From positions 6,326,001 to 6,390,000 of the forward strand of contig CM075997.1 of assembly GCA_038087875.1 (NCBI GenBank): a stretch of 64,000 nt of DNA, in the 5' to 3' direction. The notes beneath the pieces are model-generated. The model saw only the letters and a program-made list of their open reading frames with translations, was not told where the DNA came from and ran no database searches. The translations under genes and the position numbers were made by a program. This stretch comes from Malacoraja senta (lineage: Eukaryota). This document shows positions 1 to 12,251 of this stretch, piece by piece (position 1 is the stretch's first letter; each line of letters begins with the position of its first letter).

Positions 1-1685
1 TTAATCGACTATTTATTTAATTTGGTATTTATGTTGTCTCAAACTCCTGCTTATTTGTTTTCTAAGATGATGCAGTTTGACGTGTTACTTTGCTTGGACT
101 GATTTATCCTGTATTTAAGAGGGTGGTTTGGAAGAGCTATTGTGCATCATCTTTATACCACTCATTTATGTGGAATGGATACAGTCAATGCTTTGTTGGT
201 AAAACCTTCAAAATTAGCATCAGGTTTCTTTCTAGTTGTTTCAGAGGGGTGATTATTGTCGCATTTAACAACCAGTGTTGGTTGCGATTTTCATTCAAAT
301 TTCGCTGGAAGGATAGGAATGCATTTTTACACAAGTTAATCCCTCTTGACTGTACAACTCTAAGTGTAAAACAGTGTTCATTTTAATCCTTTTTTCTTTA
401 ATGAAACATTGCTACAATGAAAACTGGAACACATAACAATGCAAATACAAAATTGGCGATATTGATGCAGTTCATGTTAGAATAATAGCTCATTCTATAG
501 CCTTTCCTGTGTAATTTTCATTGCCAACTCTTCAGCCATTTAGTTCCAAAACATCTTAAAATAATGTTGGTTACATTTCCAGAGCTATAGAGAAATTAAA
601 TGATGTGACTGCTTCAAAGATGACACAATACAGTATTTGCTTGAATGTACAACCAAATATAGTCAAACGTATTAACTCAGGAGAAATTAACTTGGTTCCT
701 ATCTCCTTTTACACAATAAAAGTTGTTTGCTGTTCAATTATTGATCATCTATATTAATTAGAATATAACAGTAAATCTGCCTTCTGATGAGTCACAACTG
801 CAATTTGACTGTATAGAGGTCTGTCACACAACCAGACGGGTTTGTTTTTTATATCATGCTGAAACTGAAGGGACTAGAATGCTACTAGACTCCTGTGCAG
901 CAGGGTCATGGTTCAAAGAAGTGCTCTGCCTTTCCAAATAAATTGGTTGGACTTTGCAGTATGCTTTTTGATTTACAACCTCTATTAATTGCAATTTTCA
1001 GAATAATGTCAGCAAAACTTAAGTTAGTGTAGATAGGTGACTGAAAAAGAGATTGTAAATTGTTTTATCTGTTCAGCCCACTGAGCACACAAGGTTAGTC
1101 AACCTTGCAGACGATATACCTTAGACTGGCTACTGACCAAAAGAGTTATGTCTGAAAATAGGATTTAATCTTAATTCCACCTCACAGAGAAGAGGTTTCC
1201 CACCATTTCTACAACAGTTGGATTCATTGTTGAAAATTAATCCAAACATCAAATTGCAAACAGTGCAAAACACAACAGTTCGACAACAATGTATAAGAGT
1301 ACACTGGCACTGGCAGTTAATTAAAGTGAGGGGTGATAGAGGGAGAGGTTGAAGATAGGGAGAGAGAGCAACAGGGAGATAGAAAAAGAGCATTTCCCCC
1401 CCCTCTAAATGCAGATGGAGAAGAGAGCAAATGCAGAGGGAGAGAGACACAAGGCTATTAGAGACACAAGGCTATTAAACGCCAAGGGAGGTTTAGAGAA
1501 CAGGAAGAGAGAGCAGGAGACCAGCAAAGACCGAAGGAGAGGAATAGGGAGTGAATGTCTGTGAGAGAAAGTGAGAATGGGCATGAGTATATCCTCTCTC
1601 TATCTCCCCCTTATCTACCTTCCCCTCTTCTGCCTCCCATTCATTTCCCTTGTCAATCTCACCCCTCTCTCTTCACATCTCCTCC

Positions 1686-2356
1686 CCTTTCGGCATTCTG
1701 CAGAGACCGCTCCCTCCGTAACTCACTAGTGAGTTCGTCCCTTCCCACCCAAACCACCCCTCCCCTGGTACTTTCCCTTGCAACCGCAGGAAATGCTACA
1801 CTTGTCACTTTACCTCCCCCCCTCGACTCCATCCAAGGACCCAAGCAGTCTTTCCAGGTAAGGCAGAGGTTCACCTGCACCTCCTCCAACCTCATCTATT
1901 GCATCTGCTGCTCTAGGTGTCAACTGCTCTACATTGGTGAGACCAAGCGCAGGCTTGGCGATCGCTTCGCCCAACACCTCTCAGTTTGCATTAACCAACC
2001 TGATCTCCCATTGGCTCAGCACTTCAACTCCCCCTCCCATTCCGAATCTGACCTTTCTGTCCTGGGCCTCCTCCAGAGTGGGTCCCACTGCAAATTGGAG
2101 GAGCAGCACCTCATATTGCACTTGGGCAGTTTACACCCCAGCGGTATGAACATTGACCTCCAATTTCAGGTAATCCTTGCTATCTCCTTACCTTCCCCTT
2201 CCCAGCTCTCCCACAGCCCACCTCTTCCTTTTTTCATCCCGCCCCCACCCCCCCACATCAGTCTGAAGAAGGGTCTCGACCCAAAACGTCGCCTATTCCT
2301 TCGCTCCATAGATACTGCCTCACCCGCTGAGTTTCTCCAGCATTTTTGTCTACCTT
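1686..2356 (+). mobile_element. Penelope-like element 3' fragment (GIY-YIG endonuclease plus pseudo-LTR piece), frameshifted
   Basis: ORF 1555..2385 contains RDRSLRNSLV...RFTCTSSNLIYCICCSRCQLLYIGETKRRLGDRFAQH...HFN...EQHLI...P.GMN, the GIY-YIG C-terminal domain of PLEs. It is followed by the pseudo-LTR motif AGTCTGAAGAAGGGTCTCGACCC. Confidence 0.9.
2261..2291 (+). ncRNA. Degenerate minimal hammerhead-ribozyme-like core in the Penelope pseudo-LTR
   Basis: CTGAAGA-A-GGGTCTCGACCC(stem II)-AAAA-CGTC. The GAAA box is mutated to AAAA and no clear stem I is present. Confidence 0.5.
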
Positions 2357-2379
2357 CAAAAGTAATTTTAGTTATTATC

Positions 2380-3500
2380 AGTTGAATGAAACAACTATTC
2401 TGCAAAAAATCAATCAAGCTGGAGTCTTTGTTGTGAGCACAATGCTTCCTCATTTGATTGGCAATATCTTTTCTGTGTTTACAGTCAAATAAATGTTTCA
2501 AAATGTTTTTTAGGGGCATGAATTACTGAAGTGGTTCACAACCATTTATTTCAACGTTTTTGTTTAGTTAATGACAGTGTAATTAAACATAGCTGTTATG
2601 CATTGAAATCACCAGATTAGATTGTAGCAAGTAGGATTCTTTCTCATAGTTCAGACTGACTTTTCAGAGTAAAGGGCCTGTCCCACTTACGCGACCTTGG
2701 CTCGCAAATTACGCGACCTCGTGTGCGCTTGAGGCGTATGGCACCGTATGGCCGCGCGGGGCCGGTCCCACTTAGAAGCGCGGAGTTGTGCGGGGCTGGT
2801 CCCGACATCGTGCGGGGCTCTGAAAATCTTGCAGTGACCGAAATCTTCGCGCGACAACGGCCTGTCGGCACGCAGGCGCATTGCGGTCGTACGTAGCGTC
2901 TTGACGGCGTACGCCTAGTGCCTGGCGTTGCATGATGACGTCACCGCCTGGCGTTGTGTGATGACGTCACCGCCCGACGCCGTGTGACGCCCAAATTCAG
3001 TCGGCCCGCCTCCTGCCCAGCTGATTGGTAAGCATGACGTAAATGACATCGCGTGAACAGAAGGGAACGGAAAAGGATAACACATAAACTTCCGGTTGGT
3101 CGCGCCAAACGCACGCAATTGCATGCAAGTGGGACAGGCCCTTAAGGCTTTACAATCAAATAAACAATTCCAATGGATTGGGGGACGTGTTTTACATAAA
3201 CCAAGATGATATATAGCCAATTATTTCAGAGTCCTTTCAAGTTAATGATATTTGAATGAAGCAGCTATTCAACAATGAAATCAATCAAATTGGCAAGCCG
3301 AATGCCACAAGTTATTTCAAAGTACTTATTGGTGAATGACAATTGAAGAAAAGATAATGACTGCATTGGAAACACCAAATAAGAGTATGTGCGCCAAACA
3401 GCAAGCATTCTTTTTGTTTTACATTAACTTTTCAGCACAATAATTCACAGTCAAATCAAGGGTTCCAAAGGATTCAGAAGCATGAATTACCCAACAACTT
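2380..3500. repeat. Highly degenerate AT-rich tandem repeat (about 150-200 bp unit), interrupted by a MITE
   Basis: Recurring motifs GCATGAATTAC (2517, 3480), AGCAAGYA..ATTCT (2626, 3400), CAAATAAA, GCATTGRAA and AATCAATCAA. The same motifs recur at 20325-21140. Confidence 0.6.
2673..3142. mobile_element. PIF/Harbinger-type MITE
   Basis: TIRs AGGGCCTGTCCCACTT / AAGTGGGACAGGCCCT, TAA TSD at 2670-2672 and 3143-3145, CpG-rich non-coding interior. Confidence 0.9.
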
Positions 3501-3504
3501 TGAG

Positions 3505-4010
3505 TCATAGAGACATACAGCACAGATACAGGTCCTTTGGCCCAATTTGCCTGTGTCATTCAGATGTCCCATCAAAGCTAGTCCCATATTTGGCCCATAT
3601 TGCTTATTTTCTGTATACCCAACTTGCTCTGCTTGGAAAAAGTTGCTTCTTGGGTTCCTTTTAAGTATTCCCCCCTCTCATCTTGAACCTATGTTCTCCA
3701 GTTCTTGATAGTTGCTACCCTGGAAATAGAAAAAGTGCATCAAAACTTTCTCCCCTTATGATTTTATATATCTCTAAGATCACCCCTCAGATTCCTGTGC
3801 TTCAAAGAATAAAATCCTAACCTACCCTACCTCTCCCTGTTGCACAGGCCCTTGAATCTTGGTAACCTTTTTGTAAATCTCTGCATTCTTATCAGCATCT
3901 TTCCTATAGTAGGGGACCAAAACTAAAGACCATATGCCAAGTGCAGCCTAACTGATGTCTCGAACAGCCATAATGTAGTGACCAACCTTCTATACTTAAA
4001 TCCCTAACTG
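3505..4010 (-). mobile_element. Decayed CR1 LINE 3' fragment
   Basis: The reverse complement resembles the CR1 ORF2 C-terminus (VRLHLxYxxQFWSP-like region) and the 3' UTR of other CR1 copies in the window. Confidence 0.7.
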
Positions 4011-4244
4011 ATGGTCAAGGTGGTTGTGAGAGCGATATGACTGGCAGCTCAATGTTCTGGGATTTTGACATTTGTTATGTGATCGGGAGGCAGATAAAGG
4101 AGGGGTACAGGTTGTGCTGCTAATCACGGACAATGTCAGGGCAGCACTCAGAGCGTATACACTGGAGGTTTTGTCCGCTGAGGTAATATGGATAGAGCTT
4201 AGAAAATGAGCAAGGTGCAAACACTAATAGGATTATAATAAAAT

Positions 4245-4686
4245 GAAAGAATGGATCGACTTGGCTTATATTCACTAGAATTTAGAAGGATGAGTGGATA
4301 TCTTATAGAAGCATATAAAATTCTTAAGGAATTGGACTGGCTAGATGCACGAAAAATGTTCCTGATGTTAGGGGAGTCCAGAACCAGGAGGTCACAGTTT
4401 AATAATTAGGGGTAGGTCATTTAGGACTGAGATGAGGAAAAGCTTTTTCACCCAGAGTGGTGTGAATCTGGAATTCTCTGTCAAATAAGGCAATGGAGGC
4501 CAATTCACTGAATGTTTTCAAGAAAGAGTTTGATATAGCTCATGGGGCTAACGGAATCAAGGAATATGGGGAGTAAGCAGGAGCGGGATACTGATTTTGG
4601 ATGATTAGCCGTGATCATATTGAATGGCTTTGGTTGCTCGAAGGGCTGAATGGCCTACTCCTGCATCGACTTTCTATGTTTCTATG
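4245..4686 (+). mobile_element. CR1 3' end (5'-truncated) nested in an older CR1
   Basis: LGLYSLEFRRM..DLIE.YKIL...FFTQ-type coding remnant, 3' UTR with AATGGCCTACTCCTG and a (TTCTATGT) tail. Confidence 0.85.
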
Positions 4687-4764
4687 TACTATAGGCCCTC
4701 CAATAGCAAACAGGAGAGAGATGAACAAATATGTAGACATATTACCAAAAGATGCCAAAGCAGC

Positions 4765-4920
4765 AAGTCGTCGAAAGTGTTTTATTGTCATATGTCCCAG
4801 ATAGAACAATGAAACAGCTGCCTAACAGAATATGTAAACATAGTACACTATAAACAATATATTAAACGAGATTTAAAACGTTCAGTGTATATATAAACAC
4901 ATACTTATATACATATATAC
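4765..4920 (-). mobile_element. Rex1/Babar-type 3' tail fragment
   Basis: TTTATTGTCATATGTCCCAGATAGAACAATGAAA matches the Rex1 3' UTR at 62170-62210. Confidence 0.65.
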
Positions 4921-5576
4921 AGGTTGTCTTAGTCGGTTACTTCCCCAATATTGACTGGGGCTTAGACGGGGCAGAATTTGTGATGTGTATGCAAGAGGGT
5001 TTCTTGAAACAATATGTGAATAGTCCAACTCAAGAAGGGAACATTGTAAACCTTGTGTTGGGAAATAACCCCAGCCAGGTGACCGGTGTTTCAGTGGAAG
5101 AACATTTTGTGGATGGAGATGACAGTCCTTAAGCTTTAAGATTATTTTGAATAAAGAGAAGGCTGGACCTTGCAGGAAGATACGAAATTGCAGCAAGGCA
5201 AACGATAATATTATTAGGCAGGAGCTTGGGCGCATGCACTGGGAGAATTTGTTATTGGATAGGTCAGCATCAGACATGTGGGAGTTGTTAAAGGCTACTT
5301 CATCGACATGGCAAGTACTGGTAAGGAGGAGGGATAAGGATGGCAAAGTAAGAGAACTTTGGATGACCAGAGAGGTTGTAAATATGGTCAAAAAGAAAAA
5401 GGAAGTACGTGCAAGGTTTAAGAGGATGTAATCAGAGCCTTAGAGAAATATACAGAAAGGAGGAAAGAACTGAAGCTGATGATTAGAAGGGCCGAAAGTG
5501 GCCACAAGACGATTTTGGTGAGTTGGATTATCTAAAATCTCAATGCTTTTTATTCTTACATTAGAAACAAAAGGAT

Positions 5577-5853
5577 AATAGTAAGATTAAACGAGAACTT
5601 ACCAGTTTGAAGTTTGATCTTTATTTTATGAGGAGTTACGTTGAGGGATTACGTGAAGAACCTGCCAGCCCGCAGTGTGAAATCACAGATAACAGTTGTT
5701 GAACTAAACATAGTAAGATTAGAGAAGACTATAATACCAGTTGACCTTTATGATAGAGGGTTGGGAGCGGAGGGCACGTAATCCCTCAACGTAACTCCTC
5801 ATAAAATAAAGATCAAACTTCAAACTGGTAAGTTCTCGTTTAATCTTACTATT
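5577..5853. repeat. 79-bp perfect inverted repeat (DIRS right-end extension versus internal complementary region)
   Basis: 5577-5655 is the reverse complement of 5775-5853. It is followed by TTACTTCGGAGTCAC, which matches the left terminus of the other DIRS copies. Confidence 0.92.
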
Positions 5854-8800
5854 TTACTTCGGAGTCACATGAGTGACTATGTGAAGATTTCAAAGTTCTG
5901 TGATTTCATGCCGTGGAAACGAGTCCAAGCGTCGCACACTGCATCAGTTGACCAATGATGAGTGAACATTAAAAATGCATTCAGACATGACATAGATATT
6001 GACATGTTGATGCTTTTAATGAACAAATAATGATAACAGTAACCTGCCTCAACCGGGAGGAAACTATAAAACAGAACCTAACATAGAGTTGGCAAATACC
6101 CCCGTTCTGGCAATGGGTTAGTTATAAAATGTTTGGAAAGATCGTTCATTTGACCATCCTGCAGCCGCTAGGATGTGGTCCCACGAAACGTCCATAACCC
6201 TGCTGCTGATGTTGTTGCAGCCCTGGTGGAGTGAGACTTGAAAATGTCAGTGTTCACTCCTGTGTAAGCCAGAACCCGTTTTAACCACCTAGAGATGGTC
6301 TGTAGTGATACCTTCTTATGAGGCTTTATGTAACTAACAAACATTGCTAGTTCAGAGCCTCTAAGGCTCTTAGTGACCTAAACATACTGGTGTAGATGTG
6401 TGACCACACACAACCGAAGGTCCATGGGATATGACAACAAATCTAGTTTAAGACCTGATGCCCCTGGTCTATTCTGCTTGGTTAAGTCATAAACATAAAA
6501 TGTTAATTTTCCTGCAGATATAATCATCCTGTCCAGTCACAGCTTATGCAATGACTGGACCCGTTGTGCTGAACTCAGTGCCATGAGCATAACCACTTAG
6601 TAAGTGAGTTTGATCAAGGACAGGGATGTAGCTGGAGCCCACTGGCAAAGTGACGTAGCACAATGTTAACATCCCATATCTCTGCGAACCTGGGCCTGGG
6701 AGGTTTCGAGTTGAAGATACCCTTCATAATCTAGATATCAGAGGGTGAGACCCGACAGAGTGGATTCTGCTCCCCGCAGCCAATATGATGAGAAGGCACG
6801 TTAGGCACAGTTAATGGCACTATAACTTAATGATTGTCAAAACGCCATATAAAACTGAACTTCAAGACGTCAGTCATCCGTGCTGAATTATATGTAATAT
6901 TAGCATAAACAAAATACTTCCCATCTCCTTATGAGGAAAAGTACTGCTTAGTTGGTGCTATCCCTGCAATCTGCAGTGAGCACGTCCTTGGTTTGGTTTA
7001 ACAACCTGAGCCGCAGGAATGGTCTTCTCAGAGTCTGTAAGTCAATGAATTGATTTTATCATGCAGAGGATGGTTTCCGGAATCACAGCTAAACCAGCAA
7101 ATTATTGTGTCTAGAAATAACCATATAAGGTTCTATTAACATTCCCAACATCAGCGGGAACCATGGCTGTATAGGCCAGTCAGGCACTACGAAAATGGCT
7201 GAAGCGGGAACTTGCTGAATTTTTTGCAAGACCCGTCTGATGAGGCAAAATGGAGGAAGACATAAAAGAACATTCCTCCCCAGTGTAGCGAGAATGCATC
7301 CATCGCCACTGATATGCCACTTATTTTTTGCCACTGGTGATTGAGCCTGGATGCAAACATCTCGATCTTTTAGTGTTCCATCGAGCCACAATGTCATTAA
7401 ATACTTTGTGATCCAACATCCATTCTGTGTTGTCATTGATTTTATATGATGATACACCAGTGCCAAATGAGGTTAGGTAAACTATCACCGGATATTTTGA
7501 CTTGATTGCACCCATGTGACTAACATATACCACCACCAAAGTGTATCAACTTGGACTTGAGCATGCAGATTATGCATATTCCCACAAACCTTTAATCCAC
7601 AGAATGCACCTAGTGTCTATAGGTAGTTGATACCTTATAACTGAAGTATTGGTAACTCATGCAAATCCCATCCGCCTCCGTAACTAGAGATGGTATTAGT
7701 AATTTTCCATCTTTGAGCAATAGCATCAGTTTGTAATTAACTGAAGATTTACCGATGAAAAGTTAGTGGAGCAATGCTGAATACTGTTTGTCCACCATGG
7801 TGACTTTGATAGTTTCAGCTGGGAATAGCATAGGCCTGGTAACAATGACCTACGTGGTACTTGAGAGCTTACTCCTTTGCACGCTGTATAGTTCTGATAA
7901 TGCAAAGGCCCAAATAGCACAGTTGAAAGCCAATATATTGCCAATTACACTTGATGAATAGAAGGCTGCTTGATAACAACAAGGTTGTTACAGGCTTCAA
8001 TTAATTCCAATCTCTTGCCTCAGGGCAGAGTCCCAGACAAATTAATAGAGTTAAAGATAAATCCCAATAATCAATAATTTCAGTTGGTATCAACTTAAAT
8101 TTAACTGGATGGATGAGAAATCTAATTTCTCAATATATAGTTTTGTGGCTGATACAGCTAATTTAGCAAAATACAGCGTTTAGAATATCATCCAAAAAGG
8201 CCATAACAATTGTTTATTAGCTCTGAGCAGCCGAAGCACTGGTTTTAGTAATTTGGTAAATAACCTGGGAGCTGAAGTTAGCCCATTTTGCAACGCTTTT
8301 AACTGTATCATTGCCCCATCCAGCTAAATTTCAAATATCTCCGGTGGCCTTTGAATGGAAACTGATCCCATGGAAGTTAAACAGTCACGAAGTCTCCTAT
8401 TCAGAAATGTCTATACTGCACATGCGAGTTGACCTATTGACCATGAACAGGCCACATCTGCCACAATTGCGAGCCTGCCTTGAAAGACAACTCCAGCCAT
8501 ATTTCCGAGAACTCTGGCCAATTTCCGCGCCTGTCTCGCTTGTATACTGTGCAGTATAAGCATGTTATCATTTTAATTTATAAACAGATTTGAATCTTAT
8601 TTTATTATTGTCATCTGTACTAAAAACAAGTGTAAATATTACCAACTTGTAAATGGTCCACATACCCCATGTTTCGGAAAGAACCAGACCCACCTACCTT
8701 CATGGTTATTGGTGGTTTTATGGTAAGCCCAAAGGCCCCTGATGCGGGTTCCATTTCCGTCCTTGATTTGGAGAGAAGGATTGCTTGGGTACGTGGATCC

Positions 8801-9277
8801 CATATTTTTTCCCCTGAGGCCTTGACCTAAAAGACCTGCGGCCAGCTTTCAAGCTGCCACCAGCTTCAGTGAACCGCTTCCTGCCGATGGAGGCGTGGGG
8901 TGTGTTGTCACCGACACCTTGATTAGTCCGACAGCTTTCATAGAATCATAGAATCATAGAAAGTAGGTGCGAGAGCAGACCACCAGGTCCATCGAGCCCG
9001 CACCGCCATTCGCTCATGGCTGAACACCAAACAAACAAACACCCCCACCCACAAACAGTAGACACAAGACACAGAACTCAAGACACTACCCTCCCCTTTA
9101 TAGCGCTATCACCCCTCTCCACCCCAAGAACCGAGTGATCTCCTGGGGGAGGCAAAAAAACGGATAAAAACCCAGGTCCAATTCGGGAAAAAAATCCGGG
9201 AAATTCCTCTCCGACCCCAATCCAGGCGATCGACACTTGTCCAGGAGATCACTCAGGTCTTACTATACTAACCCTAC

Positions 9278-12172
9278 CTAGGTCCATATCCCTGCCCTCT
9301 CCCCGTAGCCCCTTATCCCCTTGGCAGCTAAAAAACCATCTATTTTAGTCTTAAATATATTTAATGTTTCTGCTTCCACTGCTCCCTGGGGCAGTGAATT
9401 CCATAAATTAACCACCCTCTGGGTGAAGAAGTTCTTCCTCATCTCAGTTTTAAAAGAGCCCCCCCTTATTCTACAATTATGTCCCCTAGTTCTAGTTTCC
9501 CCGATCATTGGGAACATCCTCGGTGCATCCACCCGATCAAGGCCCCTCACGATCTTATATGTTTCAATGAGATCGCCTCTCATTCTTCTAAACTCCAAAG
9601 AGTAGAGTTCCAGCCTACTTAACCTTTCCTCATATGTCAATCCCCTCATTGCAGGAATTAATCTTGTAAACCTTCGCTGCACTGCCTCCAGGGCCAGTAC
9701 ATCCTTTCTTAAGTATGGACCCCAGAACTGTACACAGTATTCCAAATGTGGTCTCACTAATACTGTGTACAGCTGCAGCAAGACCTCCGTGTTTTTATAC
9801 TCAATCCCCCTAGCAATAAAGGCCAAAACTCCATTGGCCTTCCTGATAGCTTGCTGCACCTGCATACTAACTTTTAGTGATTCATGTACTACTACCCCTA
9901 GATCCCTTTGCGTTGCATTACAGCGCAGCTCCTCCTCATTTAGAAAATAACTTGCCCTATCATTTTTTTTCCCAAAGTGAATGACTTCACATTTATTAGT
10001 ATTAAATTTCATCTGCCAAGTTGTTGCCCACTCACCTAGCTTATCTATATCCTTTTGCAGACTCTTCCTATCCTCCTCATCCCCTACTTTTCTTCCCATT
10101 TTTGTATCGTCCGCAAATTTTGATATATTACACTTGGTTCCCTCCTCCAAATCATTTATATAAATTGTGAACAACTGGGGTCCCAGCACCGACCCTTGCG
10201 GAACCCCGCTAGTTACCGGTTGCCATCCCGAATATGAACCATTTATCCCCACTCTCTGCTTCCTATTTGTTAGCCAATCCTCTACCCATGCTAATATATT
10301 ACCCCCAATCCCATAATTTTTTATTTTTAGCAATAGTCTCTTATGTGGCACCTTGTCAAAAGCCTTTTGGAAGTCCAAGTATACCACATCCACCGGTTCC
10401 CCTTTATCCACCCGGGTTGTTACTTCCTCAAAGAATTCGAGCAGATTCGTTAAACAGGACTTCCCCTTCACAAAACCATGCTGGTTCTGTCCGATGAAGT
10501 CATGTCTATCCAAGTGCCCCGTTAGTGTTTCTTTAATAATTGTCTCTAACATTTTACCCACCACCGATGTTAGACTAACCGGTCTATAGTTACCCGCCTT
10601 CTGTTTACTTCCTTTTTTAAATATAGGTGTTACATTGGCCAATTTCCAATCCACTGGGACCGTTCCTGCCTCCAGGGAGTTTTGGAAAATTATCACCAAT
10701 GCATCCACAATCCCCACCGCTATCTCCCTCAAAACCCTTGGATGTAATCCATCAGGCCCAGGGGATTTATCCTCCTTCAGTCTCATTAATTTCCCTAATA
10801 CCACCTCCTTGGTGATCTTAATAGTATTTAGCTCCTCCATTCCTACCTCCCCCTGTTTATCCAGCGTTGGAATATTTTTTGTGTCTTCTATGGTGAAGAC
10901 TGATACAAAATACTCGTTTAATGCCTTTGCCATTTCCATGTTCCCCACCAACAACTCTCCAGTCTCACCCTCCAATGGACCAACGTTCACCTTAGCCACC
11001 CTTTTTCTTTTTATATAGCTATAAAAACTCTTACTATTAGTTTTTATGTTGTTCGCTAAATTCCTTTCATAGTCTATTTTCCCCGTCTTAATTAATCTCT
11101 TAGTTATTTTTTGCTGACCTTTAAATGCTTCCCAATCCTCTACCCTCCCACTATCTCTGGCTACCTTATATGCCCTTGCCTTCAGCCGAATACTATCCTT
11201 TATAGTTTTACTGAGCCATGGCTGACTGTTCTTACCCTTACCCCTTTTTTTCTTCATAGGAATAAATTTTTCTTGAAGGTTATACAGTAGATCCTTAAAC
11301 GTACACCACTGCTCATGTACCGTCTTATTCTTGAGTCTGCTATCCCAGTCAACTTTGATCAGCTCAGTCCTCATACCTTCATAATCCCCCTTATTTAGAC
11401 TAAGTACCCTAGCCTGAGTTTCAACCTGCTCCCCTTCTATTTGAATATGGAATTCGACCATATTGTGGTCACTTGTTCCCAACGAGTCCCTAACTATGAC
11501 ATTTTTAATTAATCCTGCTTCATTACACAGGACCAGATCCAAGATTGCCTCCCCCCTTGTCGGTTCTGTGACATACTGTTCTAGGAACCCGTCTCTAATA
11601 CATTCTATAAACTCTTCTTCTAGTTTACCCTGCCCAGTTTGGTTTGCCCAATTAATATGAAAATTGAAGTCCCCCATGATTACAGCAGTTCCCTTTTTAC
11701 ATGCGTCAACTATTTGCAGATTTATGTTCTGACTAACAGCGTCACAGCTATTTGGAGGTCTATAAATTACACCCACTAGTGTTTTTTTCCCCTTGTTATT
11801 CTCTATCTGTACCCAAGCTGTTTCACTATCCTGATCCTTCAACGCAATATCCTTCCTCTCTATTGCCGTTATTCCCTCCCTTATTAAAAGGGCCACCCCT
11901 CCTCCCTTTCTTTCCTGTCTATTTTTTCTAATTGTCGAGTACCCCTCTATATTTAACTCCCAGTCCTGATCCCCTTGCAGCCATGTCTCCGTAATGGCCA
12001 CGATATCATAACTATATATACTTAATTGCACCGTTAATTCATTTATCTTATTTTGAATACTCCGTGCATTAAGATACAGCACTTTCAGATGATTTTTACT
12101 ACCCTTCCTTTCTGTTTTTGCCTCTTTTACATCTAGAGCTTTATCTTCACACATTCTGAATCCTCCTATCAC
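9278..12172 (-). CDS. CR1 ORF2: AP endonuclease plus reverse transcriptase
   Basis: YLNARS, AITETWL, YRPPNS, MGDFN, LDLVL and SDH endonuclease motifs; KSPGPDG, YRPVSLTS, YLDFQKAFDKVPH, GVPQGSVLGP and FADD RT motifs; uninterrupted. Confidence 0.97.
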   Translation of the reverse strand: MIGGFRMCEDKALDVKEAKTERKGSKNHLKVLYLNARSIQNKINELTVQLSIYSYDIVAITETWLQGDQDWELNIEGYSTIRKNRQERKGGGVALLIREGITAIERKDIALKDQDSETAWVQIENNKGKKTLVGVIYRPPNSCDAVSQNINLQIVDACKKGTAVIMGDFNFHINWANQTGQGKLEEEFIECIRDGFLEQYVTEPTRGEAILDLVLCNEAGLIKNVIVRDSLGTSDHNMVEFHIQIEGEQVETQARVLSLNKGDYEGMRTELIKVDWDSRLKNKTVHEQWCTFKDLLYNLQEKFIPMKKKRGKGKNSQPWLSKTIKDSIRLKARAYKVARDSGRVEDWEAFKGQQKITKRLIKTGKIDYERNLANNIKTNSKSFYSYIKRKRVAKVNVGPLEGETGELLVGNMEMAKALNEYFVSVFTIEDTKNIPTLDKQGEVGMEELNTIKITKEVVLGKLMRLKEDKSPGPDGLHPRVLREIAVGIVDALVIIFQNSLEAGTVPVDWKLANVTPIFKKGSKQKAGNYRPVSLTSVVGKMLETIIKETLTGHLDRHDFIGQNQHGFVKGKSCLTNLLEFFEEVTTRVDKGEPVDVVYLDFQKAFDKVPHKRLLLKIKNYGIGGNILAWVEDWLTNRKQRVGINGSYSGWQPVTSGVPQGSVLGPQLFTIYINDLEEGTKCNISKFADDTKMGRKVGDEEDRKSLQKDIDKLGEWATTWQMKFNTNKCEVIHFGKKNDRASYFLNEEELRCNATQRDLGVVVHESLKVSMQVQQAIRKANGVLAFIARGIEYKNTEVLLQLYTVLVRPHLEYCVQFWGPYLRKDVLALEAVQRRFTRLIPAMRGLTYEERLSRLELYSLEFRRMRGDLIETYKIVRGLDRVDAPRMFPMIGETRTRGHNCRIRGGSFKTEMRKNFFTQRVVNLWNSLPQGAVEAETLNIFKTKIDGFLAAKGIRGYGERAGIWT

Positions 12173-12251
12173 ATTTTGATTTTCCGTTTCCCCTGCTCTA
12201 TTTCCTCTACCCCTGCCGTTATTACCACCCTTGATACCTCCCCCCCGCTAC

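Larger units (their letters stand above)
4015..5576 (+). mobile_element. Decayed CR1 ORF2 5' (AP endonuclease) fragment carrying nested inserts
   Basis: DWQLNV, YRPxNS, GFLxQYVxxPT and WMTREV..KKKK motifs parallel the intact ORF2 at 9278-12172. It ends at the DIRS insertion at 5577. Confidence 0.8.

Noticed and set aside
780..820. CTGATGAG followed by a short stem, resembling a hammerhead
   Set aside because: There is no downstream GAAA box or stem III.
90..1450. ORFs 90..386 and 1130..1450 as host exons
   Set aside because: No recognisable domains; the sequence is AT-rich or GA-rich low complexity. Small exons cannot be excluded without RNA data.
9321..11660. Multiple plus-strand ORFs
   Set aside because: They are antisense shadows of CR1 ORF2. 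The same applies to ORFs overlapping Gypsy pol and the L1 ORFs.
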